Assembly: GCF_006345805.1 (NCBI RefSeq)
Contig: NW_021835962.1
Span: forward strand, 140,433-204,432
DNA length: 64,000 nucleotides
Reading direction: 5' to 3'
Source of the DNA: Octopus sinensis
Lineage: Eukaryota
A program made the translations under genes and the position numbers. Each line of letters opens with the position of its first letter. The first letter of the stretch is position 1. Under the pieces are notes generated by a model. It saw nothing but the letters and a program-made list of their open reading frames with translations, ran no database searches and was not told the DNA's origin. Below are positions 44,998 through 58,841 of the stretch, piece after piece.

Positions 44998-47900
44998 TTT
45001 TTACTTGAAGGTTTTGGGGGACCACATCATGTGAGTCGAGGACTTTCTTGTTGTTCATTTTAACAAAAACGCAGAAAATAATTTTTTTTAATTTTTTGGC
45101 TTGAAGGTTTTGGGGGACCACATCATGTGAGTCGAGGACTTTCTTGTTGTTCATTTTAACAAAAACGCAGAAAATAATTTTTTTAATTTTTTAGCTTGAA
45201 GGTTTTGGGGGACCACATCATGTGAGTCGAGGACTTTCTTGTTGTTCATTTTAACAAAAACGCAGAAAATAATTTTTTTAATTTTTTGGCTTGAAGGTTT
45301 TGGGGGACCACATCATGTGAGTCGAGGACTTTCTTGTTGTTCATTTTAACAAAAACGCAGAAAATAATTTTTTTAATTTTTGGCTTGAAGGTTTTGGGGG
45401 ACCACATCATGTGAGTCGAGGACTTTCTTGTTGTTCATTTTAACAAAAACGCAGAAAATAATTTTTTTAATTTTTTGGCTTGAAGGTTTTGGGGGACCAC
45501 ATCATGTGAGTCGAGGACTTTCTTGTTGTTCATTTTAACAAAAACGCAGAAAATAATTTTTTTAATTTTTTGGCTTGAAGGTTTTGGGGGACCACATCAT
45601 GTGAGTCGAGGACTTTCTTGTTGTTCATTTTAACAAAAACGCAGAAAATAATTTTTTTAATTTTTTAGCTTGAAGGTTTTGGGGGACCACATCATGTGAG
45701 TCGAGGACTTTCTTGTTGTTCATTTTAACAAAAACGCAGAAAATAATTTTTTTAATTTTTTGGCTTGAAGGTTTTGGGGGACCACATCATGTGAGTCGAG
45801 GACTTTCTTGTTGTTCATTTTAACAAAAACGCAGAAAATAATTTTTTTAATTTTTTGGCTTGAAGGTTTTGGGGGACCACATCATGTGAGTCGAGGACTT
45901 TCTTGTTGTTCATTTTAACAAAAACGCAGAAAATAATTTTTTTTAATTTTTTGGCTTGAAGGTTTTGGGGGACCACATCATGTGAGTCGAGGACTTTCTT
46001 GTTGTTCATTTTAACAAAAACGCAGAAAATAATTTTTTTAATTTTTTGCTTGAAGGTTTTGGGGGACCACATCATGTGAGTCGAGGACTTTCTTGTTGTT
46101 CATTTTAACAAAAACGCAGAAAATAATTTTTTTTAATTTTTTGGCTTGAAGGTTTTGGGGGACCACATCATGTGAGTCGAGGACTTTCTTGTTGTTCATT
46201 TTAACAAAAACGCAGAAAATAATTTTTTTTAATTTTTTGGCTTGAAGGTTTTGGGGGACCACATCATGTGAGTCGAGGACTTTCTTGTTGTTCATTTTAA
46301 CAAAAACGCAGAAAATAATTTTTTAATTTTTTAGCTTGAAGGTTTTGGGGGACCACATCATGTGAGTCGAGGACTTTCTTGTTGTTCATTTTAACAAAAA
46401 CGCAGAAAATAATTTTTTTAATTTTTTGGCTTGAAGGTTTTGGGGGACCACATCATGTGAGTCGAGGACTTTCTTGTTGTTCATTTTAACAAAAACGCAG
46501 AAAATAATTTTTTTAATTTTTTAGCTTGAAGGTTTGGGGGACCACATCATGTGAGTCGAGGACTTTCTTGTTGTTCATTTTAACAAAAACGCAGAAAATA
46601 ATTTTTTTAATTTTTTACCTTGAAGGTTTGGGGGACCACATCATGTGAGTCGAGGACTTTCTTGTTGTTCATTTTAACAAAAACGCAGAAAATAATTTTT
46701 TTAATTTTTTGGCTTGAAGGTTTGGGGGACCACATCATGTGAGTCGAGGACTTTCTTGTTGTTCATTTTAACAAAAACGCAGAAAATAATTTTTTTAATT
46801 TTTTGGCTTGAAGGTTTTGGGGGACCACATCATGTGAGTCGAGGACTTTCTTGTTGTTCATTTTAACAAAAACGCAGAAAATAATTTTTTTAATTTTTTG
46901 GCTTGAAGGTTTTGGGGGACCACATCATGTGAGTCGAGGACTTTCTTGTTGTTCATTTTAACAAAAACGCAGAAAATAATTTTTTTTAATTTTTGGCTTG
47001 AAGTTTTGGGGACCACATCATGTGAGTCGAGGACTTTCTTGTTGTTCATTTTAACAAAAACGCAGAAAATAATTTTTTTTAATTTTTTGGCTTGAAGGTT
47101 TGGGGGACCACATCATGTGAGTCGAGGACTTTCTTGTTGTTCATTTTAACAAAAACGCAGAAAATAATTTTTTTAATTTTTTAGCTTGAAGGTTTTGGGG
47201 GACCACATCATGTGAGTCGAGGACTTTCTTGTTGTTCATTTTAACAAAACGCAGAAAATAATTTTTTTAATTTTTTGGCTTGAAGGTTTTGGGGGACCAC
47301 ATCATGTGAGTCGAGGACTTTCTTGTTGTTCATTTTAACAAAAACGCAGAAAATAATTTTTTTAATTTTTTGCTTGAAGGTTTTGGGGGACCACATCATG
47401 TGAGTCGAGGACTTTCTTGTTGTTCATTTTAACAAAAACGCAGAAAATAATTTTTTTAATTTTTTGGCTTGAAGGTTTTGGGGGACCACATCATGTGAGT
47501 CGAGGACTTTCTTGTTGTTCATTTTAACAAAACGCAGAAAATAATTTTTTTAATTTTTTAGCTTGAAGGTTTTGGGGGACCACATCATGTGAGTCGAGGA
47601 CTTTCTTGTTGTTCATTTTAACAAAAACGCAGAAAATAATTTTTTTAATTTTTTGCCTTGAAGGTTTTGGGGGACCACATCATGTGAGTCGAGGACTTTC
47701 TTGTTGTTCATTTTAACAAAAACGCAGAAAATAATTTTTTTAATTTTTTGGCTTGAAGGTTTTGGGGGACCACATCATGTGAGTCGAGGACTTTCTTGTT
47801 GTTCATTTTAACAAAAACGCAGAAAATAATTTTTTTAATTTTTTAGCTTGAAGGTTTTGGGGGACCACATCATGTGAGTCGAGGACTTTCTTGTTGTTCA

Positions 47901-50900
47901 TTTTAACAAAAACGCAGAAAATAATTTTTTTAATTTTTTAGCTTGAAGGTTTTGGGGGACCACATCATGTGAGTCGAGGACTTTCTTGTTGTTCATTTTA
48001 ACAAAAACGCAGAAAATAATTTTTTTAATTTTTTGGCTTGAAGGTTTTGGGGACCACATCATGTGAGTCGAGGACTTTCTTGTTGTTCATTTTAACAAAA
48101 ACGCAGAAAATAATTTTTTTAATTTTTTGGCTTGAAGGTTTTGGGGGACCACATCATGTGAGTCGAGGACTTTCTTGTTGTTCATTTTAACAAAAACGCA
48201 GAAAATAATTTTTTTAATTTTTTAGCTTGAAGGTTTTGGGGGACCACATCATGTGAGTCGAGGACTTTCTTGTTGTTCATTTTAACAAAAACGCAGAAAA
48301 TAATTTTTTTAATTTTTTACCTTGAAGGTTTGGGGACCACATCATGTGAGTCGAGGACTTTCTTGTTGTTCATTTTAACAAAAACGCAGAAAATAATTTT
48401 TTAATTTTTTAGCTTGAAGGTTTTGGGGACCACATCATGTGAGTCGAGGACTTTCTTGTTGTTCATTTTAACAAAAACGCAGAAAATAATTTTTTTAATT
48501 TTTTAGCTTGAAGGTTTTGGGGACCACATCATGTGAGTCGAGGACTTTCTTTCTTGTTGTTCATTTTAACAAAAACGCAGAAAATAATTTTTTTAATTTT
48601 TAGCTTGAAGGTTTTGGGGGACCACATCATGTGAGTCGAGGACTTTCTTGTTGTTCATTTTAACAAAAACGCAGAAAATAATTTTTTTAATTTTTTGGCT
48701 TGAAGGTTTTGGGGGACCACATCATGTGAGTCGAGGACTTTCTTGTTGTTCATTTTAACAAAAACGCAGAAAATAATTTTTTTAATTTTTTAGCTTGAAG
48801 GTTTTGGGGGACCACATCATGTGAGTCGAGGACTTTCTTGTTGTTTTTTTACAAAAAAACGCAGAAAATAATTTTTTTAATTTTTTGCTTGAAGGTTTTG
48901 GGGGACCACATCATGTGAGTCGAGGACTTTCTTGTTGTTCATTTTAACAAAAACGCAGAAAATAATTTTTTATTTTTTGGCTTGAAGGTTTTGGGGGACC
49001 ACATCATGTGAGTCGAGGACTTTCTTGTTGTTCATTTTAACAAAAACCAGAAAATATTTTTTTTATTTTTTTTGGCTGAAGGTTTGGGGGACCACATCAT
49101 GTGAGTCGAGGACTTTCTTGTTGTTCATTTTAACAAAAACGCAGAAAATAATTTTTTTAATTTTTTGGCTTGAAGGTTTTGGGGGACCACATCATGTGAG
49201 TCGAGGACTTTCTTGTTGTTCATTTAACAAAAACGCAGAAAATAATTTTTTTTAATTTTTTGGCTTGAAGGTTTTGGGGGACCACATCATGTGAGTCGAG
49301 GACTTTCTTGTTGTTCATTTTAACAAAACGCAGAAAATAATTTTTTTAATTTTTTGGCTTGAAGGTTTTGGGGGACCACATCATGTGAGTCGAGGACTTT
49401 CTTGTTGTTCATTTTACAAAAACGCAGAAAATAATTTTTTTTAATTTTTGGCTTGAAGGTTTTGGGGGACCACATCATGTGAGTCGAGGACTTTCTTGTT
49501 GTTCATTTTAACAAAAACGCAGAAAATAATTTTTTTAATTTTTTTGCTTGAAGGTTTTGGGGACCACATCATGTGAGTCGAGGACTTTCTTGTTGTTCAT
49601 TTTAACAAAAACGCAGAAAATAATTTTTTTTAATTTTTTACTTGAAGGTTTTGGGGGACCACATCATGTGAGTCGAGGACTTTCTTGTTGTTCATTTTTT
49701 TTTTTTTTTGTAAGGTTTTCAAAAATGTGAGTCGAGGGTTCTTGTTGTATTTAACAAAAACGCAGAAAATAATTTTTTTAATTTTTTAGCTTGAAGGTTT
49801 TGGGGACCACATCATGTGAGTCGAGGACTTTCTTGTTGTTCATTTTAACAAAAACGCAGAAAATAATTTTTTTTAATTTTTTGGCTTGAAGGTTTTGGGG
49901 GACCACATCATGTGAGTCGAGGACTTTCTTGTTGTTCATTTAACAAAAACGCAGAAAATAATTTTTTTTTTAATTTTTTGGCTTGAAGGTTTTGGGGGAC
50001 CACATCATGTGAGTCGAGGACTTTCTTGTTGTTCATTTTAACAAAAACGCAGAAAATAATTTTTTTAATTTTTGGCTTGAAGGTTTTGGGGGACCACATC
50101 ATGTGAGTCGAGGACTTTCTTGTTGTTCATTTTAACAAAAACGCAGAAAATATTTTTTTTTAATTTTTGGGCTTGAAGGTTTTGGGGGACCACATCATGT
50201 GAGTCGAGGACTTTCTTGTTGTTCATTTTAACAAAAACGCAGAAAATAATTTTTTTAATTTTTTGGCTTGAAGGTTTTGGGGGACCACATCATGTGAGTC
50301 GAGGACTTTCTTGTTGTTTATTTTAACAAAAACGCAGAAAATAATTTTTTTAATTTTTTAGCTTGAAGGTTTTGGGGGACCACATCATGTGAGTCGAGGA
50401 CTTTCTTGTTGTTCATTTTAACAAAAACGCAGAAATAATTTTTTTTAATTTTTGGCTGAAGGTTTTGGGGGACCACATCATGTGAGTCGAGGACTTTCTT
50501 GTTGTTCATTTTAACAAAAACGCAGAAAATATTTTTTTTATTTTTTTGGCTTGAAGGTTTTGGGGGACCACATCATGTGAGTCGAGGACTTTCTTGTTGT
50601 TCATTTTAACAAAAACGCAGAAAATAATTTTTTTTATTTTTTGGCTTGAAGGTTTTGGGGGACCACATCATGTGAGTCGAGGACTTTCTTGTTGTTCATT
50701 TTAACAAAAACGCAGAAAATAATTTTTTTAATTTTTTGGCTTGAAGGTTTTGGGGGACCACATCATGTGAGTCGAGGACTTTCTTGTTGTTCATTTTAAC
50801 AAAAAACGCAGAAAATAATTTTTTTAATTTTTTGGCTTGAAGGTTTTGGGGGACCACATCATGTGAGTCGAGGACTTTCTTGTTGTTCATTTTAACAAAA

Positions 50901-53900
50901 ACGCAGAAAATAATTTTTTTTAATTTTTTGGCTTGAAGGTTTTGGGCCACATCATGTGAGTCGAGGACTTTCTTGTTGTTCATTTTAACAAAAAACGCAG
51001 AAAATAATTTTTTTTATTTTTTGGCTTGAAGTTTTGGGGGACCACATCATGTGAGTCGAGGACTTTCTTGTTGTTCATTTTAACAAAAACGCAGAAAATA
51101 ATTTTTTTTAATTTTTTGGCTTGAAGGTTTTGGGGGACCACATCATGTGAGTCGAGGACTTTCTTGTTGTTCATTTTAAACAAAAACGCAGAAAATAATT
51201 TTTTTAATTTTTTAGCTTGAAGGTTTGGGGGACCACATCATGTGAGTCGAGGACTTTCTTGTTGTTCATTTTAACAAAAACGCAGAAAATAATTTTTTTA
51301 ATTTTTGGCTTGAAGTTTTGGGGGACAACATCATGTGAGTCGAGGACTTTCTTGTTGTTCATTTTACAAAAACGCAGAAAATAATTTTTTAATTTTTTGG
51401 CTTGAAGGTTTGGGGGACCACATCATGTGAGTCGAGGACTTTCTTGTTGTTCATTTTAACAAAAACGCAGAAATAATTTTTTTTATTTTTTGGCTTGAAG
51501 GTTTTGGGGACCACATCATGTGAGTCGGGACTTTCTTGTTGTTCATTTTAACAAAACCGCAGAAAATAATTTTTTTTTAATTTTGGCTTGAAGGTTTTGG
51601 GGGACCACATCATGTGAGTCGAGGACTTTCTTGTTGTTCATTTTAACAAAAACGCAGAAAATAATTTTTTTAATTTTTGGCTTGAAGGTTTTGGGGGACC
51701 ACATCATGTTAGTCGAGGACTTTCTTGTTGTTCATTTTAACAAAAACGCAGAAAATAATTTTTTTTAATTTTTTTGTCTTGAAGGTTTTGGGGGACCACA
51801 TCATGTGAGTCGAGGACTTTCTTGTTGTTCATTTTAACAAAAACGCAGAAAATAATTTTTTAATTTTTTACCTTGAAGTTTTGGGGCCACATCATGTGAG
51901 TCGAGGACTTTCTTGTTGTTTCATTTAACAAAAACGCAGAAAATAATTTTTTTTTAATTTTTTGGCTTGAAGGTTTTGGGGGACCACATCATGTGAGTCG
52001 AGGACTTTCTTGTTGTTTTTTTAACAAAACGCAGAAAATAATTTTTTTAATTTTTTGGCTTGAAGGTTTTGGGGGACCACATCATGTGAGTCGAGGACTT
52101 CTTGTTGTTCATTTTAACAAAAACGCAGAAAATAATTTTTTTAATTTTTTAGCTTGAAGGTTTTGGGGGACCACATCATGTGAGTCGAGGACTTTCTTGT
52201 TGTTCATTTTAACAAAAACGCAGAAAAATTTTTTTAATTTTTTGGCTTGAAGGTTTTGGGGGACCACATCATGTGAGTCGAGGACTTTCTTGTTGTTCAT
52301 TTTAACAAAAACGCAGAAAATAATTTTTTTAATTTTTTAGCTTGAAGTTTTGGGGGACCACATCATGTGAGTCGAGGACTTTCTTGTTGTTCATTTTAAC
52401 AAAAACGCAGAAATAATTTTTTTAATTTTTTACCTGAAGGTTTTGGGGGACCACATCATGTGAGTCGAGGACTTTCTTGTTTGTTCATTTTAACAAAAAC
52501 GCAGAAAATAATTTTTTTAATTTTTTAGCTTGAAGGTTTTGGGGGACCACATCATGTGAGTCGAGGACTTTCTTGTTGTTCATTTTAACAAAAACGCAGA
52601 AATAATTTTTTTTTAATTTTTGGCTTGAAGGTTTTGGGGGACCACATCATGTGAGTCGAGGACTTTCTTGTTGTTTTTTTTTAACAAAACGCCAGAAAAT
52701 AATTTTTTCAATTTTTGGCTTGAAGGTTTTGGGGGACCACATCATGTGAGTCGAGGACTTTCTTGTTGTTCATTTTAACAAAACGCAGAAAATAATTTTT
52801 TTTTAATTTTTGGCTTGAAGGTTTTGGGGACCACATCATGTGAGTCGAGGACTTTCTTGTTGTTCATTTTAACAAAAACGCAGAAAATAATTTTTTTAAT
52901 TTTTTGGCTTGAAGGTTTTGGGGGACCACATCATGTGAGTCGAGGACTTTCTTGTTGTTGTTTTTTAACAAAAACGCAGAAAATAATTTTTTTAATTTTT
53001 TGGCTTGAAGGTTTTGGGGGACCCATCATGTGAGTCGAGGACTTTCTTGTTGTTCATTTTAACAAAACGCAGAAAATAATTTTTTTTAATTTTTTGGCTT
53101 GAAGGTTTGGGGACCACATCATGTGAGTCGAGGACTTTTGTTGTTCATTTTAACAAAAACGCAGAAAATAATTTTTTTAATTTTTTAGCTTGAAGGTTTT
53201 GGGGGACCACATCATGTGAGTCGAGGACTTTCTGTTGTTTATTATTTTAACAAAACGCAGAAAAATAATTTTTTTAATTTTTTTAGCTTGAAGGTTTTGG
53301 GGGACCACATCATGTGAGTCGAGGACTTTCTTGTTGTTCATTTTAACAAAAACGCAGAAAAATTTTTTTTTAATTTTTTATCTTGAAGGTTTTGGGGGAC
53401 CACAATCATGTGAGTCGAGGACTTTCTTGTTGTTCATTTAACAAAAACGCAGAAAATAATTTTTTTTTAATTTTTGACCTTGAGGTTTGGTGGGACCACA
53501 TCATGTGAGTCGAGGACTTTCTTGTTGTTCATTTAACAAAACGCAAGAAAATAATTTTTTTAATTTTTTGGCTTGAAGGTTTTGGGGGACCACATCATGT
53601 GAGTCGAGGACTTTCTTGTTGTTCTTTTAACAAAAACGCAGAAAATAATTTTTTTAATTTTTTAGCTTGAAGGTTTGGGGGACCCACTCATGTGAGTCGA
53701 GGACTTTCTTGTTTTTCATTTTAACAAAAGCAGAAAATAATTTTTTAATTTTTAACCTTGAAGGTTTTGGGGGACCACATCATGTGAGTCGAGGACTTTC
53801 TTGTTGTTTATTTTACAAAAACGCAGAAAATAATTTTTTTAATTTTTGGCTTGAAGGTTTTGGGGGACCACTCATTTAGTCGAGGACTTTCTTGTTGTTC

Positions 53901-54961
53901 ATTTTACAAAAACGCAGAAAATAATTTTTTTAATTTTTGGCTTGAAGGTTTTGGGGACCACATCATGTGAGTCGAGGACTTTCTTGTTGTTCATTTAACA
54001 AAAACGCAGAAAATAATTTTTTTTTAATTTTTTGGCTTGAAGGTTTGGGGGACCACATCATGTGAGTCGAGGACTTTCTTGTTGTTTATTTTAACAAAAA
54101 CGCAGAAAATAATTTTTTAATTTTTAGCTTGAAGGTTTTGGGGACCACATCATGTGAGTCGAGGACTTTCTTGTTGTTCATTTTAACAAAAACGCAGAAA
54201 TAATTTTTTTAATTTTTTGGCTTGAAGGTTTTGGGGGACCACATCATGTGAGTCGAGGACTTCTTGTTGTTCATTTGAACAGAAACGCAGAAGAATAATT
54301 TTTTTAATTTTTTACCTTGAAGGTTTTGAGGGACACAACACTCATGTGAGTCGGACGGACTTTCTTGTGGTTCATTTTAACAAAAACGCAGAATAATTTT
54401 TTTTTAAATTTTTTTGGCTTGAAGGTGTTGGGGGGACCACATCATGTGAGTCGAGGACTTTCTTGTTGTTCTTTTAACAAAAACGCAGAAAATAATTTTT
54501 TTAATTTTTTGGTTGAAGGTTTGGGGGACCACATCATGTGAGTCGAGGACTTGTCGTGTTGTTCATTTTAACAAAAACGCAGAAAATATAATTTTTTTAA
54601 TTTTTTGGCTTGAAGGTTTTGGGGACCACATCATGTGTGAGTCGAGACTTGTCTTGTTGTTCATTTTAACAAAAACGCAGAAAATAATTTTTTTAATTTT
54701 TTAACCTTGAGTTTTTGGGGACCACATCATGTTGGAGGTCGAAAATCCGGACTAGTCTTGATGGTGTATGGGTTTACATAAGACGCAGAAAATATTTTTT
54801 GTTTTATATTTTGGGCTTGAAGGTTTTGGGGGACCACATTTGAAAAGGGGAGGGCAACATCAGATCCGAAGGACTTTCTTGATGTTCAATTTAACAAACC
54901 GCAGAAAATAATTTTTTGTAAGGGAATTATCAGTTGAAGGGTTGGGGGACACAACAATCAT
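44998..54961. repeat. 95/96-bp satellite, array B (~104 monomers); quality degrades toward the right end
   Basis: Same monomer; indel noise increases from ~49 kb. Confidence 0.98.
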
Positions 54962-55004
54962 TTAATGAATTTAATTATAGCTGAGGTGCGTTTCGTTTCT
55001 GGTT

Positions 55005-56153
55005 GTGCAAATAGCAAAATTGAAAACAAAATTAATGTTAATTTCAAACAAGAAAAAAAATCGGAAAGTGTCGATAATTGTACGTGTGTCAAACACCTCT
55101 TTTGATTCAATTGAGGTTGCCAACATCATCTGTAATTCGAAAACTGCCCTCAAGGCGAGAATCTCCCGTCGCTTTGATGGCTCATACGAACTTGTCTTTA
55201 ATTCGGACGGGATTTCGAGTCTTTTAAAAACGATTGGAAATGAAGCTTCCTTTTGGTGACAATGGGCACACAATAGAGCACCGAACACCGGGATTCGACC
55301 TTAATGATGAGGAATCTACCTTTTTGGGTGATAACGAGGATCTACACAGCTTTTGTCGAAAGTGCTATCCCCAGGGTTCAAACTGGAAAGATTTAGTAAA
55401 ATGGGAAAAATCTGCCACTTGGCAAGCTTACTATCCAGGACAGAAACGAAGCACAGTCGTTGATCACCCTAGGTCTTAAAATTGGCTTCAACCAAATCCG
55501 TTTTACTACCTGGTACAAAAATCCCGAGGCAATGCTATCGATGTTACAATTTGGACACATCTCGTTATACTGTAAAGAGACAGTGCGCTGTTTTGTTGTG
55601 TGGTGATGCACACGATCGCACCCAATGTACGATCGGAACACACGTCAAACTCCCGTGCATCAACTGCGGATCACATGGACACCGGGCGAACTGGTTGGGC
55701 TGTCCGGTGGCGAAACAATCGACAAAGAAGAAACTGGAAGTGACTCCCACTAAGAGAAATCGTGTAAATGCAATACAAATGTCTGGCATACAAATGTCTT
55801 GGTCGAAGAAGTTACTTAATCCGAAATGCGATATTGGTGTTCAAACTGACGTTATCGTCATGAACTTGATCGAATCAGGAAGTCAGACCTGCTTCATTAA
55901 CACGGGAATTCAAACGGACCCATGCCCAGAAACAAAACCCGCCGCCCCGAAGGCGAGAGCAGTGAAGAAAACTGCAGTAGCAAAATCTGGAGTTCAGCTG
56001 CCAAGCCCTGAAGCCCGGCTGGAGGACGATGGGACGCCTCCAGAGCCGGCTGAAACCGGTGGCAAACGGAAAGCAGGCAGACCCCCTTTACCGAAAAAGG
56101 TGGCGCTCCCACGGGAGGTCAGCCACCCATGTCGGAAGGATTCCTTGCTCTGA
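55005..56153 (+). CDS. LINE ORF1, gag-like with three CCHC zinc knuckles (frameshifted in this assembly)
   Basis: Reconstructed across 1-bp shifts: CYRCYNFGHISLYC, C.LCGDAHDRTQC and CINCGSHGHRANWLGC, followed by a basic/Pro-rich tail. Confidence 0.8.
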
Positions 56154-58723
56154 CAATTCTAAATGCCCGCTCGCTTGCGAGACGGGCATCGGAGCTGAGG
56201 CTCCTGCTGGCCACAGCGAAGTCTCACATATTGATTATCAATGAGACTAAGCTGAAGGAAGCTACGAGGGTGGAATTCGAAGGCTATAAGTCTATTAATA
56301 TACCATGGAAAATAAACTCAGTGGCGGGGACAGGAACCTCAGTCTACTACAGGGCGAACCTTAAGGTAAGAAACATCAGAATTGTGGAGGAGTCACTCTG
56401 TGAACTTATTGTGCTCGAGCTGCACACGACTGCTGGCTGGCTAACCGTCGGGGGAATGTACTCAAAGTCGCTAAGGCGCTATTCAAACGTTATTGGGACG
56501 TTCTTTGAGGAAAATTGCCTGTCAATCCTAGCAGGAGATCTTAATAATGCCAAAATGTGAGTTATGGATGTGAAACTACGAATATGGATGGAACTGTCCT
56601 TGAGGACTTGGCCAGTAGCTTGGGTTTTTCGGTCTTTACATCGGAAGAACTGAATCATTATGCAGACAGAGGCAGGGCTGATCGCTTGGGTCTCTTTCTA
56701 TGCTCGGCATCAATTAGTCCTTTATGTTACATACCGAGGTTGGAAGCGGACATTGGCTCTGACCACGTGCCGCAAACGATGTTGATAAAGATGACTATGA
56801 ATGTTACGGAGGACTTGTTCATTGGTTACAACCTCGTGAACATGAACTGGAGTTTATTCGAATCATATATGCGGGATTCTCTTCGAAATGTCGTGTCCCA
56901 GCCTCTGAGAAGCAGAGATGATATTGACAATCTCGATGATCACCTTAGATCGTCAATCATAAAATTCCTGGATGTTTATGCATTAAAAAATGTATGGAAC
57001 CCAAAGGAACGCAAAAGCGGATGAATTCGAAACTTGTCACTCTGATCAGAACGAAAGGTACCCTGGAAAATCGCAGGAGAAGATGTCGGGTTGAGTCAAT
57101 CAAATGCCGCCTGAAATTGGAGATCGACAAGATAAAATCTACTATTGCAAAAATGGCCAAGACTGAGGTCGAAAGTAAATGGAGGTCTGAATGCAGAAAA
57201 CTGGATAAGCGAAACCCTAATTTCTGGAAAGCATATCAACGCCTTACCAGAAATGATGCCAAAGGATTTGAAATTTCACTAAAAGAACCAGACGGGAAAT
57301 ATATCTCCTCTGATCGTATCCCGGAAGTACTCAGGAACCAACTGAGTCAGGTTCAAGAGGTCGAATCTACCGTTCCACGAGGGACTTATGACCGAATTGT
57401 GAAGAAGCTTGGCTCTTCGCAATTATCGGAGGGACCATTATGTGGGGCGATAACACAGGAAGAGGTTGAAAGGGCAATTGCTGGGTTGAAGAACAAGGCG
57501 CCTGGCTTCGACTACATCCCTCCGAAGTTGTTAAAGAAGGCCCCTGAAATCTTGATACGAGCATTGACTATGTTGTTTCACGCCAGCTGGACGTTCGGAC
57601 ACCTTCCATCGGCGTGGAAGCATACGATTGTTCGAATGATTCCAAAATCTGGTAAATCGACACTGCTGGCACAGAACTACCGGCCAATTAGCCTCATTTG
57701 TGCTTTCTCTAAGACAATGGAAAAGATTGTCTTTAACAGACTCTCTGGTCATATAGAATCACAAAATTTGCTTTTACCTGAACAATGGGGATTTCGTGGA
57801 GGAAGATCCACAGGGACTGCCTCAGGGAGTTAGAGCACCAATTATCCCGTGCTGACAGAAATGAAGCATGGCTAACTGTGGTGTCTGGATCTGGCCAAAG
57901 CCTTCGATAGCGTGTGGCACCTGGGCCTACTCTCCAGAATCCATGACATCGGAGCCGGGATAAAGACCTATCGATGGCTGGAGAGCTTCTTGTCAGGAAG
58001 ACAATCATTTGTCCGCTGTGGAAACCGCCTATCGGGGTGTGTGGAACTTAGAAGGGGAGTCCCGCAGGGATCTATCTTGAGTCCACTTCTGTTCAACCTC
58101 TTCTTGGCGGACATTCCTCTGCCGTCGACACGTACTGGCAAGCTCGTTATCTATGCTGACGATATCCTGGTCATGGATACCTCGAAAGGATATCGCAGTC
58201 TTGGAGACGACTGAAATCATACATTGCAACGCTAAAGATGTGGACTATAGAGAAGGGTTTGACCCTAGCACCGGAGAAGAGCACCATTTCATGGTTGCGG
58301 AGAGGGAGTCGCTATGCGGAGTCTTGTGCATATGCGATGAGTAGCTATGTGATGGATCTCTCGAAAAGAAAAAATCTTTCTTACCTGGGAGCAACCATTA
58401 ACTGTCGTGGCTCGTACGTAGAGCATATAGCAAATCAGAGAAAGAGGAGTGTGAGGATCCTCAAAAGCTTAACCAGGTTCCATCTGGATCCGGAAACGTA
58501 CATCTACGTATACAAAACGTGTGTGCAGCCAGTCCTCACATATGGCTACGAGGGCTGGTACGGTACGGAGGAGAGTGACTACCTGATCGAACAGTTGGAA
58601 AAGACAAGACGTTTCGCTATGAAATTGGCTTACGGAGTACAACTTGACGGAAGGCTAAAAGACTCACAAGAATCCTCTGTGCCCACGATCCGGATGGTCT
58701 TGGAGAATTGTCGTCAAACATGA
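56129..58723 (+). CDS. LINE ORF2: APE endonuclease + reverse transcriptase, no RNase H seen (frameshifted in this assembly)
   Basis: 'ILNARSL..INETKL..LAGDLN..GSDHVP' (APE), then RT motifs. Frameshifts fall at different positions than in copy 1. Confidence 0.88.
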
Positions 58724-58841
58724 CTAGTATTGGGGATACGCATGGAAAGAGACACTTCGGTGCCTTGTTTTTATCTCCCCGCGATGTTTTTCTTCCTTGT
58801 TTTTCTTTTCTTTTCGCTCAATAAACACTATTCTATTCTAT

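Larger units (their letters stand above)
54962..58841 (+). mobile_element. I/Jockey-group LINE, copy 2, apparently full length (~3.9 kb)
   Basis: gag-like ORF1 plus APE-RT ORF2, and the same aataaac(ctatt)n tail. Satellite flanks ..caatcat / catatcat.. suggest a short TSD around acatcat. Confidence 0.93.

Noticed and set aside
30306-54704. Dozens of short 'MNNKKVLDSHDVV..' and 'MKVLG..' ORFs as individual genes
   Set aside because: They are translations of the satellite monomer whose ends are set by T7/T8 homopolymer length. Only the single long-frame hypothesis is kept, as a low-confidence finding.
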